64,000 nucleotides of DNA from Patescibacteria group bacterium (lineage in GTDB: Bacteria; Patescibacteriota; Patescibacteriia; UBA10025; JAHIVO01). Positions 40,610 to 51,030 of this stretch are shown in pieces. Made by a program: the position numbers and the translations under genes. Position 1 is the first letter of the stretch; each line of letters starts with the position of its first letter. The notes under the pieces were generated by a model. It was not told the DNA's origin and ran no database searches. It saw only the letters and a list, made by a program, of their open reading frames with translations. The stretch is from positions 1,074,118-1,138,117 of the forward strand of contig JBMOKY010000001.1 of the NCBI GenBank assembly GCA_049325535.1, given 5' to 3'.

Positions 40610-41836
40610 TTATTTGAGCTGGTGGTTTACCCTGAGCGCATCATCAACGGAACTGTTCATCCGGATCAAATACAAAGTATAGATAATAAGTACCGTACAC
40701 AGGATGATGACCGCTGAAATAGCGGCGTACCCAAATGACTGCGGCCCCCACACCTGCCAGATCAATGGAAACGACGCATAATTAAGTATATCATACACCA
40801 CCACCAGCCATATCAAGCGTTTGTCCGCCACCAGGATGATAAGTGGCACGGCCCAGATGATCCACTGAGGTGAATAAAACCGCGAGCAGAGGGTAAAAAT
40901 GAGCACGCCGAGCGCCATCCAGCCAGCCAGCTGCGCCGGCGTGGTGAGATACCGCATCAGCACCCGGGGCTGTATGAGCGCCACCAGCGGCAATGAGAAT
41001 TGCAGCAGCAGGAATATCGTCAGACCAAGGTAATTCAGCTGTTCAATCCCGGTCGAGAGCAACGGCCCCTGCACGAACAGATAATACAGGCTACCCACGC
41101 CTCCCGGACGCGCTCCGTGAAAAAAATACGGCCTGAGCGAAGTAAATCCGTCAAAAACAAAAGACAGTGCCAAAAAGCCGATGACGACGGCAGCGCCATA
41201 CCCCAGGAACTGCCGCTGGGATGATCGAGCCATGACACCTTCGGTCTGCCGGATATACAGATACATCAGCGGCACAAAAATAACCGGATACCATTTGGTG
41301 AGTATGGCGATGGCAAAGACGATGGCGGCCATACGCCAGCGCCGCGATAGTACCAGCCACAGGCCAATCTGTACCCCAAGCGCCACCAACACGTCAAAAC
41401 GATTCATACCAAAATACAGTAACGACGGCAGCGCCAGAAGCAGCACCAACCACGGCGACCGCTGCAATCTTCGCAAGAGTCGCACGGTGACATAGACGAG
41501 GCCAAGGTACACCGCCAGATTCATGATGATAAATACCGTGCGATATGTATCATAGCCACCGGTAAAGATATACGGGAGGGTGATATACCCCAGTCCAATC
41601 TGCGGATACTCCTGAAAAATGCTGGCATCATAGGGAGTGACCCCCTGGGTGACCCAGCTGCCGCGATCATGAAATACGCTGATCTCATGGTCATCCCGCA
41701 GCAAGCGAGCCCGCGTCCCTTCGCTGAGCCAGTCAGTGGCGACAAAATCCGGAGCAAATAGCACAAATGTGCCGGCGGCCCCGACGATGATCATGGCCAG
41801 CCACATTGCCCATCGGGATGAAACCAATCTCATCAT
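40610..41836 (-). CDS. GT-C glycosyltransferase (GT87-like)
   Basis: EYP, RFD, KWYP, SPQW..W..P. Confidence 0.78.
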   Translation of the reverse strand: MMRLVSSRWAMWLAMIIVGAAGTFVLFAPDFVATDWLSEGTRARLLRDDHEISVFHDRGSWVTQGVTPYDASIFQEYPQIGLGYITLPYIFTGGYDTYRTVFIIMNLAVYLGLVYVTVRLLRRLQRSPWLVLLLALPSLLYFGMNRFDVLVALGVQIGLWLVLSRRWRMAAIVFAIAILTKWYPVIFVPLMYLYIRQTEGVMARSSQRQFLGYGAAVVIGFLALSFVFDGFTSLRPYFFHGARPGGVGSLYYLFVQGPLLSTGIEQLNYLGLTIFLLLQFSLPLVALIQPRVLMRYLTTPAQLAGWMALGVLIFTLCSRFYSPQWIIWAVPLIILVADKRLIWLVVVYDILNYASFPLIWQVWGPQSFGYAAISAVIILCTVLIIYTLYLIRMNSSVDDALRVNHQLK

Positions 41837-43413
41837 AGCGATTGGGGCAATACCTCATAAATCGAAGCTTCGTCGTCACGATACGCACGGCGCAAACCAT
41901 TCGATTCCTCAGCCATGCGTTCCATGGCATGATGTGACGACTCAATAAAGACATACCGAGCATGAAACGTATCCCGGATCAGCTCATACCCCTTGTCCGT
42001 ATCCTTTCCGGTCGTGATGTCTACGATATGCCGATACAATTCCGGGCTGTATTCATAGGTAAAAGTCGGGTCCAGTCCGCTGATATAATAGGTGGACGGG
42101 CTTCGAAAAAAAAGTATAGGGAATTCGTCCCAGCTGGAATGGAATACGATATCCCCTGGCTGGGCATGGGTAGACAGCCATTGGCCGGCGCCGGCAAACC
42201 TCGTGACGGGTATGCCACCCATATAATCACTGCGGAGACGGACGAGATCCTTCGCCACGACCGCCGGAACGCCAACGGCAAAGTACACCACCAGTATAGT
42301 GGTGACCACCGAGTACCGGGTCGCGAACTGCCATACTGCTTTCCCTATGTCGCCCATGGTCTGCCGGCGTAATACGTGCTGCACTGTAAAGGCGATCCAG
42401 GTGACTGTGACTGGAATATAATACTCCACATACCGCCGTGATTTCAGGGTAAATGCCAAATAAAAAATAAAAAGTAAAAACAGCGCCAATTGCTTTCGGG
42501 AGTACGTCCGGTACAGGCCCATCAGTATGGCGGCCAATACGGCTAACACCGTGACTAAGACCGACTGGGTCCATAAATCAAATAGTTTATACGGGTACCA
42601 CTCCCCACCCACCGGGATGACCGTCTGATAGTTGACCACCCCGATTTGCACCAATTGCTGCCAATAAAACTGCAGGTTGGTGGGGAAATGCGGGTTGATG
42701 ATGATGCCCGCTAGGGTGCCTGCAAGCACGATCGCCATCATGCGGAGCTCCCGACTGTGTGAAATCACCAGCCAAAAAGAACGGCGCACATCCCGAAACC
42801 AATCGAGACCGATGCTCACCAGCGCATACGCACCGGCGGCGATGGGCAATACAATAAACCCCCCATACGCCCAGACAAACGCCCCGGAGATAAAAAGCAG
42901 GGTCAGGTACCGATACCGGAACAAGGCGTACAATCCACCAAATAAAAAGAGCAGGGAAACTACCGGCGCCTTGACCAGATTCAGCCGAAACATAAACGGC
43001 GTGGTCACCAGCAGCAGCACGGTAAACCAAAATGCAAACGGCACCCGGTGACGCCTGAAGAGGCTGTACATCAGGACGATCAGCGCAGTATTGAGCATGA
43101 CCTGGACAAATTTCGCCCCCAGAATCGGATCGGCAAATTCCGTAAATGGGATCAACAATACATGGTAGAGAAAATGCTGATTGATATATGCATCCTTCAG
43201 CGTCGATACTTGGAGCCAGGGGAATTCAGTGATGACGCCATGTTCCACGATACTGCGCGACATCTGGATATGGTAAAACGAATCCGGATCAGGAAATGTG
43301 GAAATCGTCTGAACATAGGTAAAAAGCGACAGGCTCATGATGATGACAAGCAGATACGACACATACCACCATTGGCGCCTCATCCATCCTAAAATTGTAC
43401 TGAGTCTGTTCAT
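41833..43413 (-). CDS. polytopic membrane protein, GT-C-like
   Basis: DPDSFYH loop after TM1, INP, EW.P, RR.VEY, WDEFP; many transmembrane segments. Confidence 0.72.
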   Translation of the reverse strand: MNRLSTILGWMRRQWWYVSYLLVIIMSLSLFTYVQTISTFPDPDSFYHIQMSRSIVEHGVITEFPWLQVSTLKDAYINQHFLYHVLLIPFTEFADPILGAKFVQVMLNTALIVLMYSLFRRHRVPFAFWFTVLLLVTTPFMFRLNLVKAPVVSLLFLFGGLYALFRYRYLTLLFISGAFVWAYGGFIVLPIAAGAYALVSIGLDWFRDVRRSFWLVISHSRELRMMAIVLAGTLAGIIINPHFPTNLQFYWQQLVQIGVVNYQTVIPVGGEWYPYKLFDLWTQSVLVTVLAVLAAILMGLYRTYSRKQLALFLLFIFYLAFTLKSRRYVEYYIPVTVTWIAFTVQHVLRRQTMGDIGKAVWQFATRYSVVTTILVVYFAVGVPAVVAKDLVRLRSDYMGGIPVTRFAGAGQWLSTHAQPGDIVFHSSWDEFPILFFRSPSTYYISGLDPTFTYEYSPELYRHIVDITTGKDTDKGYELIRDTFHARYVFIESSHHAMERMAEESNGLRRAYRDDEASIYEVLPQSL

Positions 43414-43504
43414 AATGACGAAAGGGTACCAATAGTCTCCGCCAAGCATGGGGGCGGAGACTACGAAGACAGCTTAGCAATCATACGGACATCCGACAAG
43501 TAAT

Positions 43505-44572
43505 CTACCGTAATTGTTTTTTAAAATAATCAACAACCGGTATCGGAGATGGATCCACACCATTGAGGATGCCCAGATAGAAACTAACATAACTGGACAA
43601 TAACAATAATTCCACTATCTGTTGTAAATCACCGGCTCCGCGGGTCTGATATGTCATTGCGTTGATGCCGGCCCTCCGCAGCACTCGCTCAGTTATGATA
43701 AAACGTTTCCGATTACGCTGATGGTATTGAGAAGATTGTAGCAAAATAAAAGCAAGGGTGCGCGGATTAGTCCGGGGAAAGGGCAGCCCCTCCATCAGGT
43801 GATGATTCATTTCGGAAATGAGAAAATAGTTGGCAAAGGACTTTCCATTTTCATTTATTTGATTAGCCATAATATGCGCATTGCCCGCTAAATGCTCAGC
43901 GGCAATAACAACCCCTTGGCGACCATGGAGGTACGAAGCGATTTTTTTTGCTTGGTTGCGGGTAGTGGGCACCGCGACACCAAATTGCTTGTGCAAAACG
44001 ATGATATGCCGGATGGCAGCATTGAATTCAGCATTGGCAATATGTACAAATCCAGCCTGCTGCAACAACGACAAAACGCCAATCAAAGAATACCCCAGCC
44101 CCATCCGCGGCTGATTTGAGGGGTTGAACCGGGGGTCAAAAATATAGGCGGGAATGTGGTGCTGTTTCGCCTGCGCCGCCAGCACACCGCCCGCGCCAAT
44201 CAACAGTATCTTGTTTGTCCGCTTTCGGGCTTCCGTAAGCGAAGCGGTCACCTCTTCAGTCGTCCCCGAATAGCTGGAACAAATAGCCAGCGTATGCCGA
44301 TCGACGAAGCGAGGCACGCGGTATTGATTAGTCACGATAAATGGGACTGCGAGCCGAGCTTGAAATGCGTGACGCACCACGTCCGCTCCCAGCGCTGAGC
44401 CGCCCATACCATTGAACCATATTGTGCGCGCTGAGCGGTACGCGGCCGGGATGCGAATCGTGGAAACATCATCACGCGCCTGCTGGCACTGCAGCGCCAA
44501 GGATTCAATTGATCCGATCATCCCTTGCTGGTCAAGTTTTTTTATGGCTTTAAAATTATCGAGACGATGCAT
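43505..44572 (-). CDS. bifunctional phosphoglucose/phosphomannose isomerase (SIS domains)
   Basis: GMGGS, SYSG.TEE, QPR, QINEN.K, E.NHH. Confidence 0.9.
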   Translation of the reverse strand: MHRLDNFKAIKKLDQQGMIGSIESLALQCQQARDDVSTIRIPAAYRSARTIWFNGMGGSALGADVVRHAFQARLAVPFIVTNQYRVPRFVDRHTLAICSSYSGTTEEVTASLTEARKRTNKILLIGAGGVLAAQAKQHHIPAYIFDPRFNPSNQPRMGLGYSLIGVLSLLQQAGFVHIANAEFNAAIRHIIVLHKQFGVAVPTTRNQAKKIASYLHGRQGVVIAAEHLAGNAHIMANQINENGKSFANYFLISEMNHHLMEGLPFPRTNPRTLAFILLQSSQYHQRNRKRFIITERVLRRAGINAMTYQTRGAGDLQQIVELLLLSSYVSFYLGILNGVDPSPIPVVDYFKKQLR

Positions 44573-44669
44573 ATGGCATCAGGCTAATTAAAAAATGATG
44601 TATTGATAATACCACATAAATATGGTATAGTAAACGTATTCAGACCTGTTTTGCGGTATCAAAAAAAGT

Positions 44670-45392
44670 ATGTCCGGACACTCCAAGTGGGCTCAAATAA
44701 AACGCCAGAAAGCGGTCACCGACCAACGTCGTAGTGGCCTTTTTACCAAACTGGCAAACGCCATCACCATCGCGGCCAAACAAGGAGGAACGGATCCCAA
44801 CATGAATTTTCGCCTACGTATGGCCATCGATAAAGCGAAGGAAGGAAATATGCCGAATGACAATATTGACCGGGCGATCCAGCGGGCTGCGGGGGGAGAA
44901 GACGGTGCCAGCATTGAGGAAATCGTGTACGAAGGGTATGGGCCCCATGGGGTGGCGCTGGTTATCGAAGCGGCCACGGATAACAAAAACCGCACCGCCA
45001 GTACCATTAAACAAATACTGGCAAAAAATAACGCCAGCCTCGGCGGTCCGAACAGCGTCATGTGGATGTTTGACCGCAAAGGCGTGGTCCTGGTTGCTGC
45101 CGACCAGATATCCGACGCCGATGCTTTTGAACTGCGGGCGATTGATGCCGGGGCCGATGACATCGTCCGCTCACCCGAAGGATTTACCATCTATACGAGC
45201 TACGACCGGCTCACTGCCCTGAAAAAAAATTTGGAATCAACAGGATGCGTCGTCACATCCGCCGATATCGCCCTAGTTCCGCAAACAACCGTTCCACTCT
45301 CGGAAAAAGACGCATCGGGGATCCGCACATTGCTCGATGAACTCGAGCACAATGAAGATGTCACGAATTACTACACGAATGCCGACGTCTAA
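44670..45392 (+). CDS. yebC: YebC/PmpR family protein
   Basis: MSGHSKW..IKR.K, YEGYGP.G, TDN.NRT. Confidence 0.95.
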   Translation: MSGHSKWAQIKRQKAVTDQRRSGLFTKLANAITIAAKQGGTDPNMNFRLRMAIDKAKEGNMPNDNIDRAIQRAAGGEDGASIEEIVYEGYGPHGVALVIEAATDNKNRTASTIKQILAKNNASLGGPNSVMWMFDRKGVVLVAADQISDADAFELRAIDAGADDIVRSPEGFTIYTSYDRLTALKKNLESTGCVVTSADIALVPQTTVPLSEKDASGIRTLLDELEHNEDVTNYYTNADV

Positions 45393-45891
45393 ACGGACGC
45401 CAATCGTCATGGGGATCGACCCCGGACTGGCCACCACCGGATACGGCATCATTCAGGAATCAGGCAGTGGATACCGCCTGATCGCCGCAGGGGCCATCAT
45501 CACGAAGCCGACCCTCACCTTCGGCAAACGACTCCAGCGTATATACAGCGACATCGGCCGACTGATTACCCGCCACCACCCGAGTATCATCGGCATTGAG
45601 CAGCTATTCTTCGCTCGCAATGTCAGCACCGCGCTGACGGTCGGTCAGGCACGCGGGGTCATCTGTCTCGCCTGCGCCCACCATGCCTGTACTATCCGCG
45701 AATTTACACCGCTGCAGATTAAACAAGCGCTCACCGGATACGGTCATGCCGACAAAGTGCAAATGCAAAAAATGGTGACACTGATACTCAAACTTAAGAC
45801 CGCCCCACAGCCCGACGACGTGGCCGACGCATTGGCCATCGCCCTCTGTACTGCCCAGACTAAGCATTTTGTTAATCAAAAAACTCGATAA
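45379..45891 (+). CDS. ruvC: Holliday junction resolvase
   Basis: GIDPG...TGYG, IE..FF..N, QARG, K....GYG.A.K, DD.ADALA.A. Confidence 0.95.
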   Translation: MPTSKRTPIVMGIDPGLATTGYGIIQESGSGYRLIAAGAIITKPTLTFGKRLQRIYSDIGRLITRHHPSIIGIEQLFFARNVSTALTVGQARGVICLACAHHACTIREFTPLQIKQALTGYGHADKVQMQKMVTLILKLKTAPQPDDVADALAIALCTAQTKHFVNQKTR

Positions 45892-47366
45892 TGCCCGCGC
45901 AAAAAAAACTACGCATCGCCTGTGTCGCCTCCGAGGTGGCGCCGTACTCAAAAACCGGCGGGCTCGGTGACGTGGCGAAGGCGTTGCCAAAAGCGCTGTC
46001 CGAAAAAGGACACCAAGTATTCATCATCACCCCCTTCTACAAATTCATGCGGGAGCAAAATTTGGATACCCATCCAGTTCCAGTAAAAACCAGCGTCACC
46101 ATCGGCAAAACAAAATATAGTATTCACTTTAGTTCACTTAATTATTCCGACCACCTGACTATATTTTTCATCCACAATGGACCGCTCTTTAGTGATCGAT
46201 CCCGAGTCTACGGGTATCCTAACGACAGCATTCGTTTTCTGGTTTTCGACGCTGCGGCATTGAAGCTTCTGGAACTGCTGAAACTGAAGCCAGATGTCAT
46301 CCACTGCCATGATTGGCAAACCGGACTCATCCCCAACATCCTCTGCAAACAAAAAAAACGATACCCGTCATTGCGAAAAACGGCGACTCTGTTCACTATC
46401 CACAATCTGACCTACCAAATGGCCGGCAACTGGTGGGAGGTCAAGCCTCGATACGCCGATAACGGTCGCTGTGATCCCACGCTCAAAACACAAGCTGAAA
46501 CCAAACATCTCAATTTTACAAAACGCGCCATTTTTTATGCTGACCTGATAAGCACGGTCAGTGAGCGGTATGCCGAGGAAATCACCACGCCAGAACTCGG
46601 CCAAGGCATGGATCGCTATTTGCGGCAGCGTAAAGATGACCTCTACGGTATCATCAATGGTATCGATTACACCGTCTACAATCCCGCCTATGACCGACAC
46701 CTGCCCTACCCCTACGACTGGAATAGCCTCGGCGGCAAAAAGAAAAACAAGCTCGCCCTACAAAAAAAAGTTAAGCTTGAGCAAAACATCGATATTCCAC
46801 TTATCGGGGTGGTGAACCGCCTGACGGAACAAAAGGGATTCCAGCTGATCATGGAATCAATCGACATACTCACCCGGCTTCCTCTGCAAATGGTAATCGT
46901 CGGCAGCGGGTTTAAAGAATATGTTGCCTTCTTCAAACGGGTAGCAAAAAAACATCCTAAAAAAATCAGTATCTACACCCCATTTTCTGAAGAATTGGCC
47001 TCACTCGTATATGCCGGCTCTGACATGTTTCTGATGCCGTCTCGTTTCGAGCCCTGCGGCCTGTCCCAACTGATCAGCCTGCGCTATGGATCAGTGCCGA
47101 TCGTGCACGAAACAGGGGGCCTGTCCGACACTGTTACCCATTACAACCCGCGGACAAAAAAAGGGAACGGTTTTGTCTTCAAACAATATAGCACCGCTGA
47201 TTTTCTCATTGCCGTCACCCGGGCTATGGAAAATTATAAATACAGCGACGCCTGGGAGCAGCTGACCCGCCGGGGGATGCAACAAACCTATTCCTGGGAA
47301 CTGCCCGCGCAAAAATATATCCAACTGTACTTTTTGGCGCAAAAAAAGAAAGGGGGTCGACCATGA
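45891..47366 (+). CDS. glgA: glycogen/starch synthase (GT5)
   Basis: E..P..KTGGL.DV, HCHDW, TIHN, NGID, PSRFEPCGL. Confidence 0.93.
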   Translation: MPAQKKLRIACVASEVAPYSKTGGLGDVAKALPKALSEKGHQVFIITPFYKFMREQNLDTHPVPVKTSVTIGKTKYSIHFSSLNYSDHLTIFFIHNGPLFSDRSRVYGYPNDSIRFLVFDAAALKLLELLKLKPDVIHCHDWQTGLIPNILCKQKKRYPSLRKTATLFTIHNLTYQMAGNWWEVKPRYADNGRCDPTLKTQAETKHLNFTKRAIFYADLISTVSERYAEEITTPELGQGMDRYLRQRKDDLYGIINGIDYTVYNPAYDRHLPYPYDWNSLGGKKKNKLALQKKVKLEQNIDIPLIGVVNRLTEQKGFQLIMESIDILTRLPLQMVIVGSGFKEYVAFFKRVAKKHPKKISIYTPFSEELASLVYAGSDMFLMPSRFEPCGLSQLISLRYGSVPIVHETGGLSDTVTHYNPRTKKGNGFVFKQYSTADFLIAVTRAMENYKYSDAWEQLTRRGMQQTYSWELPAQKYIQLYFLAQKKKGGRP

Positions 47367-48577
47367 TGCGCTGGGCAAATTTTTTTCATATCTATCAGCC
47401 GCCCCGTTGGGCGGCGTCAACCATCCGCAAGGTTACTCGTGAGAGCTATCGGCCATTGGTCCGCATTTTGAAACTCCATCCGCGCATTCATCTGACGCTG
47501 AACATTGCCGGCTCACTGACGGAACAATTGGCTGCGCTCGGCTACCGGAATCTGCTCCAGGATATCCGCCTATTGCTGAGACGCGGACAGATAGAAATAA
47601 CCGGAACGGCGCTCTATCACCCTATCTTGCCCAAACTACCCTCCACTGAGATCCGCCGGCAAATACTGCTCAATACCCGCATCAATCAGAAATTTTTTGG
47701 CGCCGACTTCCACCCCCGGGGTATATATTTTCCTGAAATGGCCTACGGCCACGCGGCGGCCACCGTCAGCAAAAAACTCGGGTACCGCTGGATGATCCTG
47801 GATGAGATTGCTTATGATGGAACACTCGGACGCACTCAGTTCACCAGCCATTACCGCCATGCCCGCACCGGACAATCGATCATCCTGCGCAATAAAATCG
47901 TCAGTGACTACATCGCTTTTTCCGCACCACTGCGACAGCCAGCGGCATTCTGGCGGCATCTGGAAGAAGATGGACGATCTGACCGCGTCCTAGTGACCGC
48001 TATGGATGGGGAAACGCTCGGGCACCACCGTCCCGGGGCTGACACGTTGTGGCAACGGCTTGTCACTGACCCGCGAGTGCACGCCATGACCATGACTGAG
48101 TTACTGGCGACTCTTGACCGCCCCCGGCGGCTGTTGCCCCGGCCGTCGAGCTGGTCATCCCGGCCGACGGAACTGCGCCATCACCACCCCTATCTGCTCT
48201 GGGATGACCCGACAAATCCCATCCATCCGCTCCAGTGGCAACTGCTTAATCGGGTGCTGCGGCTCGTCCAGCGCTCATCTCATGCCCAGGCGCGGATGCT
48301 GATGGATCAGACGCTGGCCTCTGATCAATTTTGGTGGGCGTCGGCCAAACCATGGTGGAGCAAAAAAATAGTCGACGCCAAGGTTCGCGAGCTAGCCGCC
48401 ATTGCCATGCTGCTACAGCCTCCGGCCACCTGGGCCAACCGGCTGGCCGACCGGATCATTACCCTGACCAGCCAATGGCAAACGAGCGGCCGGTACCAGC
48501 GCATCACCCAGCGCTACCTGGCCAGTAGCCCGTATGAATTTGTACACTATATCGGTGGCAAACGAATAACTTCCTAA
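47363..48577 (+). CDS. glycoside hydrolase family 57
   Basis: HIYQP, GQIE.T....YHP, PEMAY, MDGETLGHH, SD.FWW. Confidence 0.85.
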   Translation: MMRWANFFHIYQPPRWAASTIRKVTRESYRPLVRILKLHPRIHLTLNIAGSLTEQLAALGYRNLLQDIRLLLRRGQIEITGTALYHPILPKLPSTEIRRQILLNTRINQKFFGADFHPRGIYFPEMAYGHAAATVSKKLGYRWMILDEIAYDGTLGRTQFTSHYRHARTGQSIILRNKIVSDYIAFSAPLRQPAAFWRHLEEDGRSDRVLVTAMDGETLGHHRPGADTLWQRLVTDPRVHAMTMTELLATLDRPRRLLPRPSSWSSRPTELRHHHPYLLWDDPTNPIHPLQWQLLNRVLRLVQRSSHAQARMLMDQTLASDQFWWASAKPWWSKKIVDAKVRELAAIAMLLQPPATWANRLADRIITLTSQWQTSGRYQRITQRYLASSPYEFVHYIGGKRITS

Positions 48578-48586
48578 CACGATACT

Positions 48587-49969
48587 ATGTATTGGTCAAA
48601 CTTCCTTCATATTTATCAACCGCCAACACAAAAGGAGTATTGGGTAAAGAAAATCGCCAATGAAAGTTACCGCAAATTAATGACCGGCTTAAAAAAACAT
48701 CCGAGTGCAAAAGTCACGCTCAACATAAATGCCGGCCTGACCGACCTCTTCCACCAGTACGGCTGCCATGACGTCATCCATGACATCAAATTCTTGGCCG
48801 AGCAGGGACAGATAGAGCTTACCGCCAGCGCAAAATACCACCCCTTCCTTCCGCTGATGCCGGAAAAGGAAATTATCCGTCAAATCAAGCTCAACACCGA
48901 AACTAATAAAAAATATTTTGGTGATGTATATAATCCGACAGGTTTTTTCCCGCCGGAAATGGCCTATAGCCGTGCGGTCGGTGATACCGTTGCCAAACTC
49001 GGTTACCGCTGGATGATCCTGGACGAGCTGGCGCATTCGGGTAGTCTCAACACGGTCGACTGGTCAACTATATATACTCTGGCGGGACATGACGACTTTT
49101 TCGTATTCTTTCGCGAACGGGCGGCTAGTTTTCGCATCCTGTCAGCAGAAATTGGGATGAGTGTTTTTTCTGGGAGTATGCTTATTCAACTGCTGGGCGA
49201 ACGCGTGACAAATAATGAATACCTGATTACCGCCATGGACGGGGAAACATTTGGACACCACCGTCCCGGGCTGGAGCAGCTGCTGTTTGATCTCTATGAA
49301 ACCCCGGAACTGCGGGCCGTCACTATGAGTGAGCTTCCCCAGCTCTTCAACCAGCGCACGAGCATCGAACCGCGCCCCTCTTCCTGGGCGCTGATGAAAC
49401 GCGACGTCGAACAAAATACCCCCTACTCCCGTTGGCAGGACAAAGACAATGAAATCCACGATATGCAATGGGAATTAACCTACATGGCCATTGCCGCGGT
49501 CGAAGCGCTTGATCCGACAGACCAGCGCTATACAGCACTCCGCACCAAACTCGATCGCGCCGTTCACTCTGACCAATACTGGTGGGCATCGGCCATGCCC
49601 TGGTGGAGCATCGAGATGGTAGAGGCCGGCGCCAAAGACCTAAAAGATATCATCCAGGATTCTCAAGCATCCGATTCAGAAAAAAAACACGCACAAGTAC
49701 TCTACCAGAACATTCTCTTTACCGCCTTTGACTGGCAGCGCAGCGGCAAAGTCGATGTGATGGCGAAATCAGCCGATGAAGATGTCACCCAGCGCATCAC
49801 GACTGACATCCCCTACATCCCGGAGGAGGAATTTGACACCATGGTGGAAAATCTAAAAAAGCAGATGCTCGAGGCGGCGGACGCCGAAGAATATGAGCGC
49901 GCCGCCCAAATACGCAATCGGGTCCATGAATTGCTGGAGAAAAAAGATCAATTGACCCACAAACACTAG
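48587..49969 (+). CDS. glycoside hydrolase family 57 with a C-terminal UVR (UvrB/UvrC) motif
   Basis: HIYQP, PEMAY, MDGETFGHH, SDQYWW; C-terminal LKKQM.EAA..EEYERAA.IR. Confidence 0.88.
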   Translation: MYWSNFLHIYQPPTQKEYWVKKIANESYRKLMTGLKKHPSAKVTLNINAGLTDLFHQYGCHDVIHDIKFLAEQGQIELTASAKYHPFLPLMPEKEIIRQIKLNTETNKKYFGDVYNPTGFFPPEMAYSRAVGDTVAKLGYRWMILDELAHSGSLNTVDWSTIYTLAGHDDFFVFFRERAASFRILSAEIGMSVFSGSMLIQLLGERVTNNEYLITAMDGETFGHHRPGLEQLLFDLYETPELRAVTMSELPQLFNQRTSIEPRPSSWALMKRDVEQNTPYSRWQDKDNEIHDMQWELTYMAIAAVEALDPTDQRYTALRTKLDRAVHSDQYWWASAMPWWSIEMVEAGAKDLKDIIQDSQASDSEKKHAQVLYQNILFTAFDWQRSGKVDVMAKSADEDVTQRITTDIPYIPEEEFDTMVENLKKQMLEAADAEEYERAAQIRNRVHELLEKKDQLTHKH

Positions 49970-49970
49970 C

Positions 49971-50984
49971 ATGGTAATGGGCACCTATCCGCCGCTGACC
50001 AGCGCTGAGCGCATTCGGACAGCGCGGCTGATGCGAAATATAGCGGACACCGCTGGTTTTGTGCGTCAGCGAGTCATTCGCCGCGGACCACGATATCACA
50101 TCGAGCAAGGAGCACGATACGGAGCACCGGCAATCGCCAAGCTCAGCCTGCGCCCCCGCTCGCAAGACCACTTGACCAATGAAAAATTTGGCCGGGAAAT
50201 TTTATGGCTTCAGTTTCTAGGCGGGCGGCGTTCGTCACCATTGGTTCGGGCGGTACCGCAGCTATATGCCGCAGCGACGTCACCTCGGGCATGGTATGTG
50301 CGCGAACACATCACCGGAACCCCGTTTCATGCGGGTAACAATGAAGCTCAATTTACCGATCGTTTTTTCACCTCCCAAAACCTCCGCTGGCTTTCCGCGC
50401 TGCTTTACGATTTGCACTATATCAAAAAAAATGAACTGCCACATCCATTCCGCGCTCTACTCCACCAACCAGAACTCCCTCAATATCTCTGGCGTTTTAT
50501 TCAGCCCTACGCCCGGCGCATTGAGTCATTCACTCGCGCTCCCGGGCTGACCCAGCGGCTGAAACCGCGCGTCATCGCACTCCAGGACGTCTTTTCCCGC
50601 GCACCACGCGTACTCGGGCACCAAGAGCTCTACCCAGCTCATGTCCTCCAGACGCGCCATGGGCTGCGCCTGATTGATTGGGAAAACATCGGCTGGGCGC
50701 TGCCGAGTTATGACTGGGTCACCGTGTGGCTACGAGCATTCGGCCACCCCAGCTGGCAGCGATCCCTGTACCGGGAGTACTGCCGACACTACCGACACTA
50801 CCCCCAAGCAACGGAACTCTGGCGCGGCACCATATTGCTACAATCAGTATTCAATGTCGTCGGATATCATTTCTACCCGGTCCGCCGGCATTTCCGCCCT
50901 TTAGCTGATTACTGCGCCGCACAGCTGATCGGATCCCAGCCCTCAAAAAAAATGTGGTACAATACACAAAGAGCATCCAACTGA
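49971..50984 (+). CDS. aminoglycoside phosphotransferase/choline kinase-like protein with a degenerate catalytic loop
   Basis: REI..L, VP.LY, HQELYPAH, LIDWE. Confidence 0.7.
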   Translation: MVMGTYPPLTSAERIRTARLMRNIADTAGFVRQRVIRRGPRYHIEQGARYGAPAIAKLSLRPRSQDHLTNEKFGREILWLQFLGGRRSSPLVRAVPQLYAAATSPRAWYVREHITGTPFHAGNNEAQFTDRFFTSQNLRWLSALLYDLHYIKKNELPHPFRALLHQPELPQYLWRFIQPYARRIESFTRAPGLTQRLKPRVIALQDVFSRAPRVLGHQELYPAHVLQTRHGLRLIDWENIGWALPSYDWVTVWLRAFGHPSWQRSLYREYCRHYRHYPQATELWRGTILLQSVFNVVGYHFYPVRRHFRPLADYCAAQLIGSQPSKKMWYNTQRASN

Positions 50985-51030
50985 AGTCGGTTGTCCTGAT
51001 GCGCATCTAACGCATTGAACGCTGCCCATC

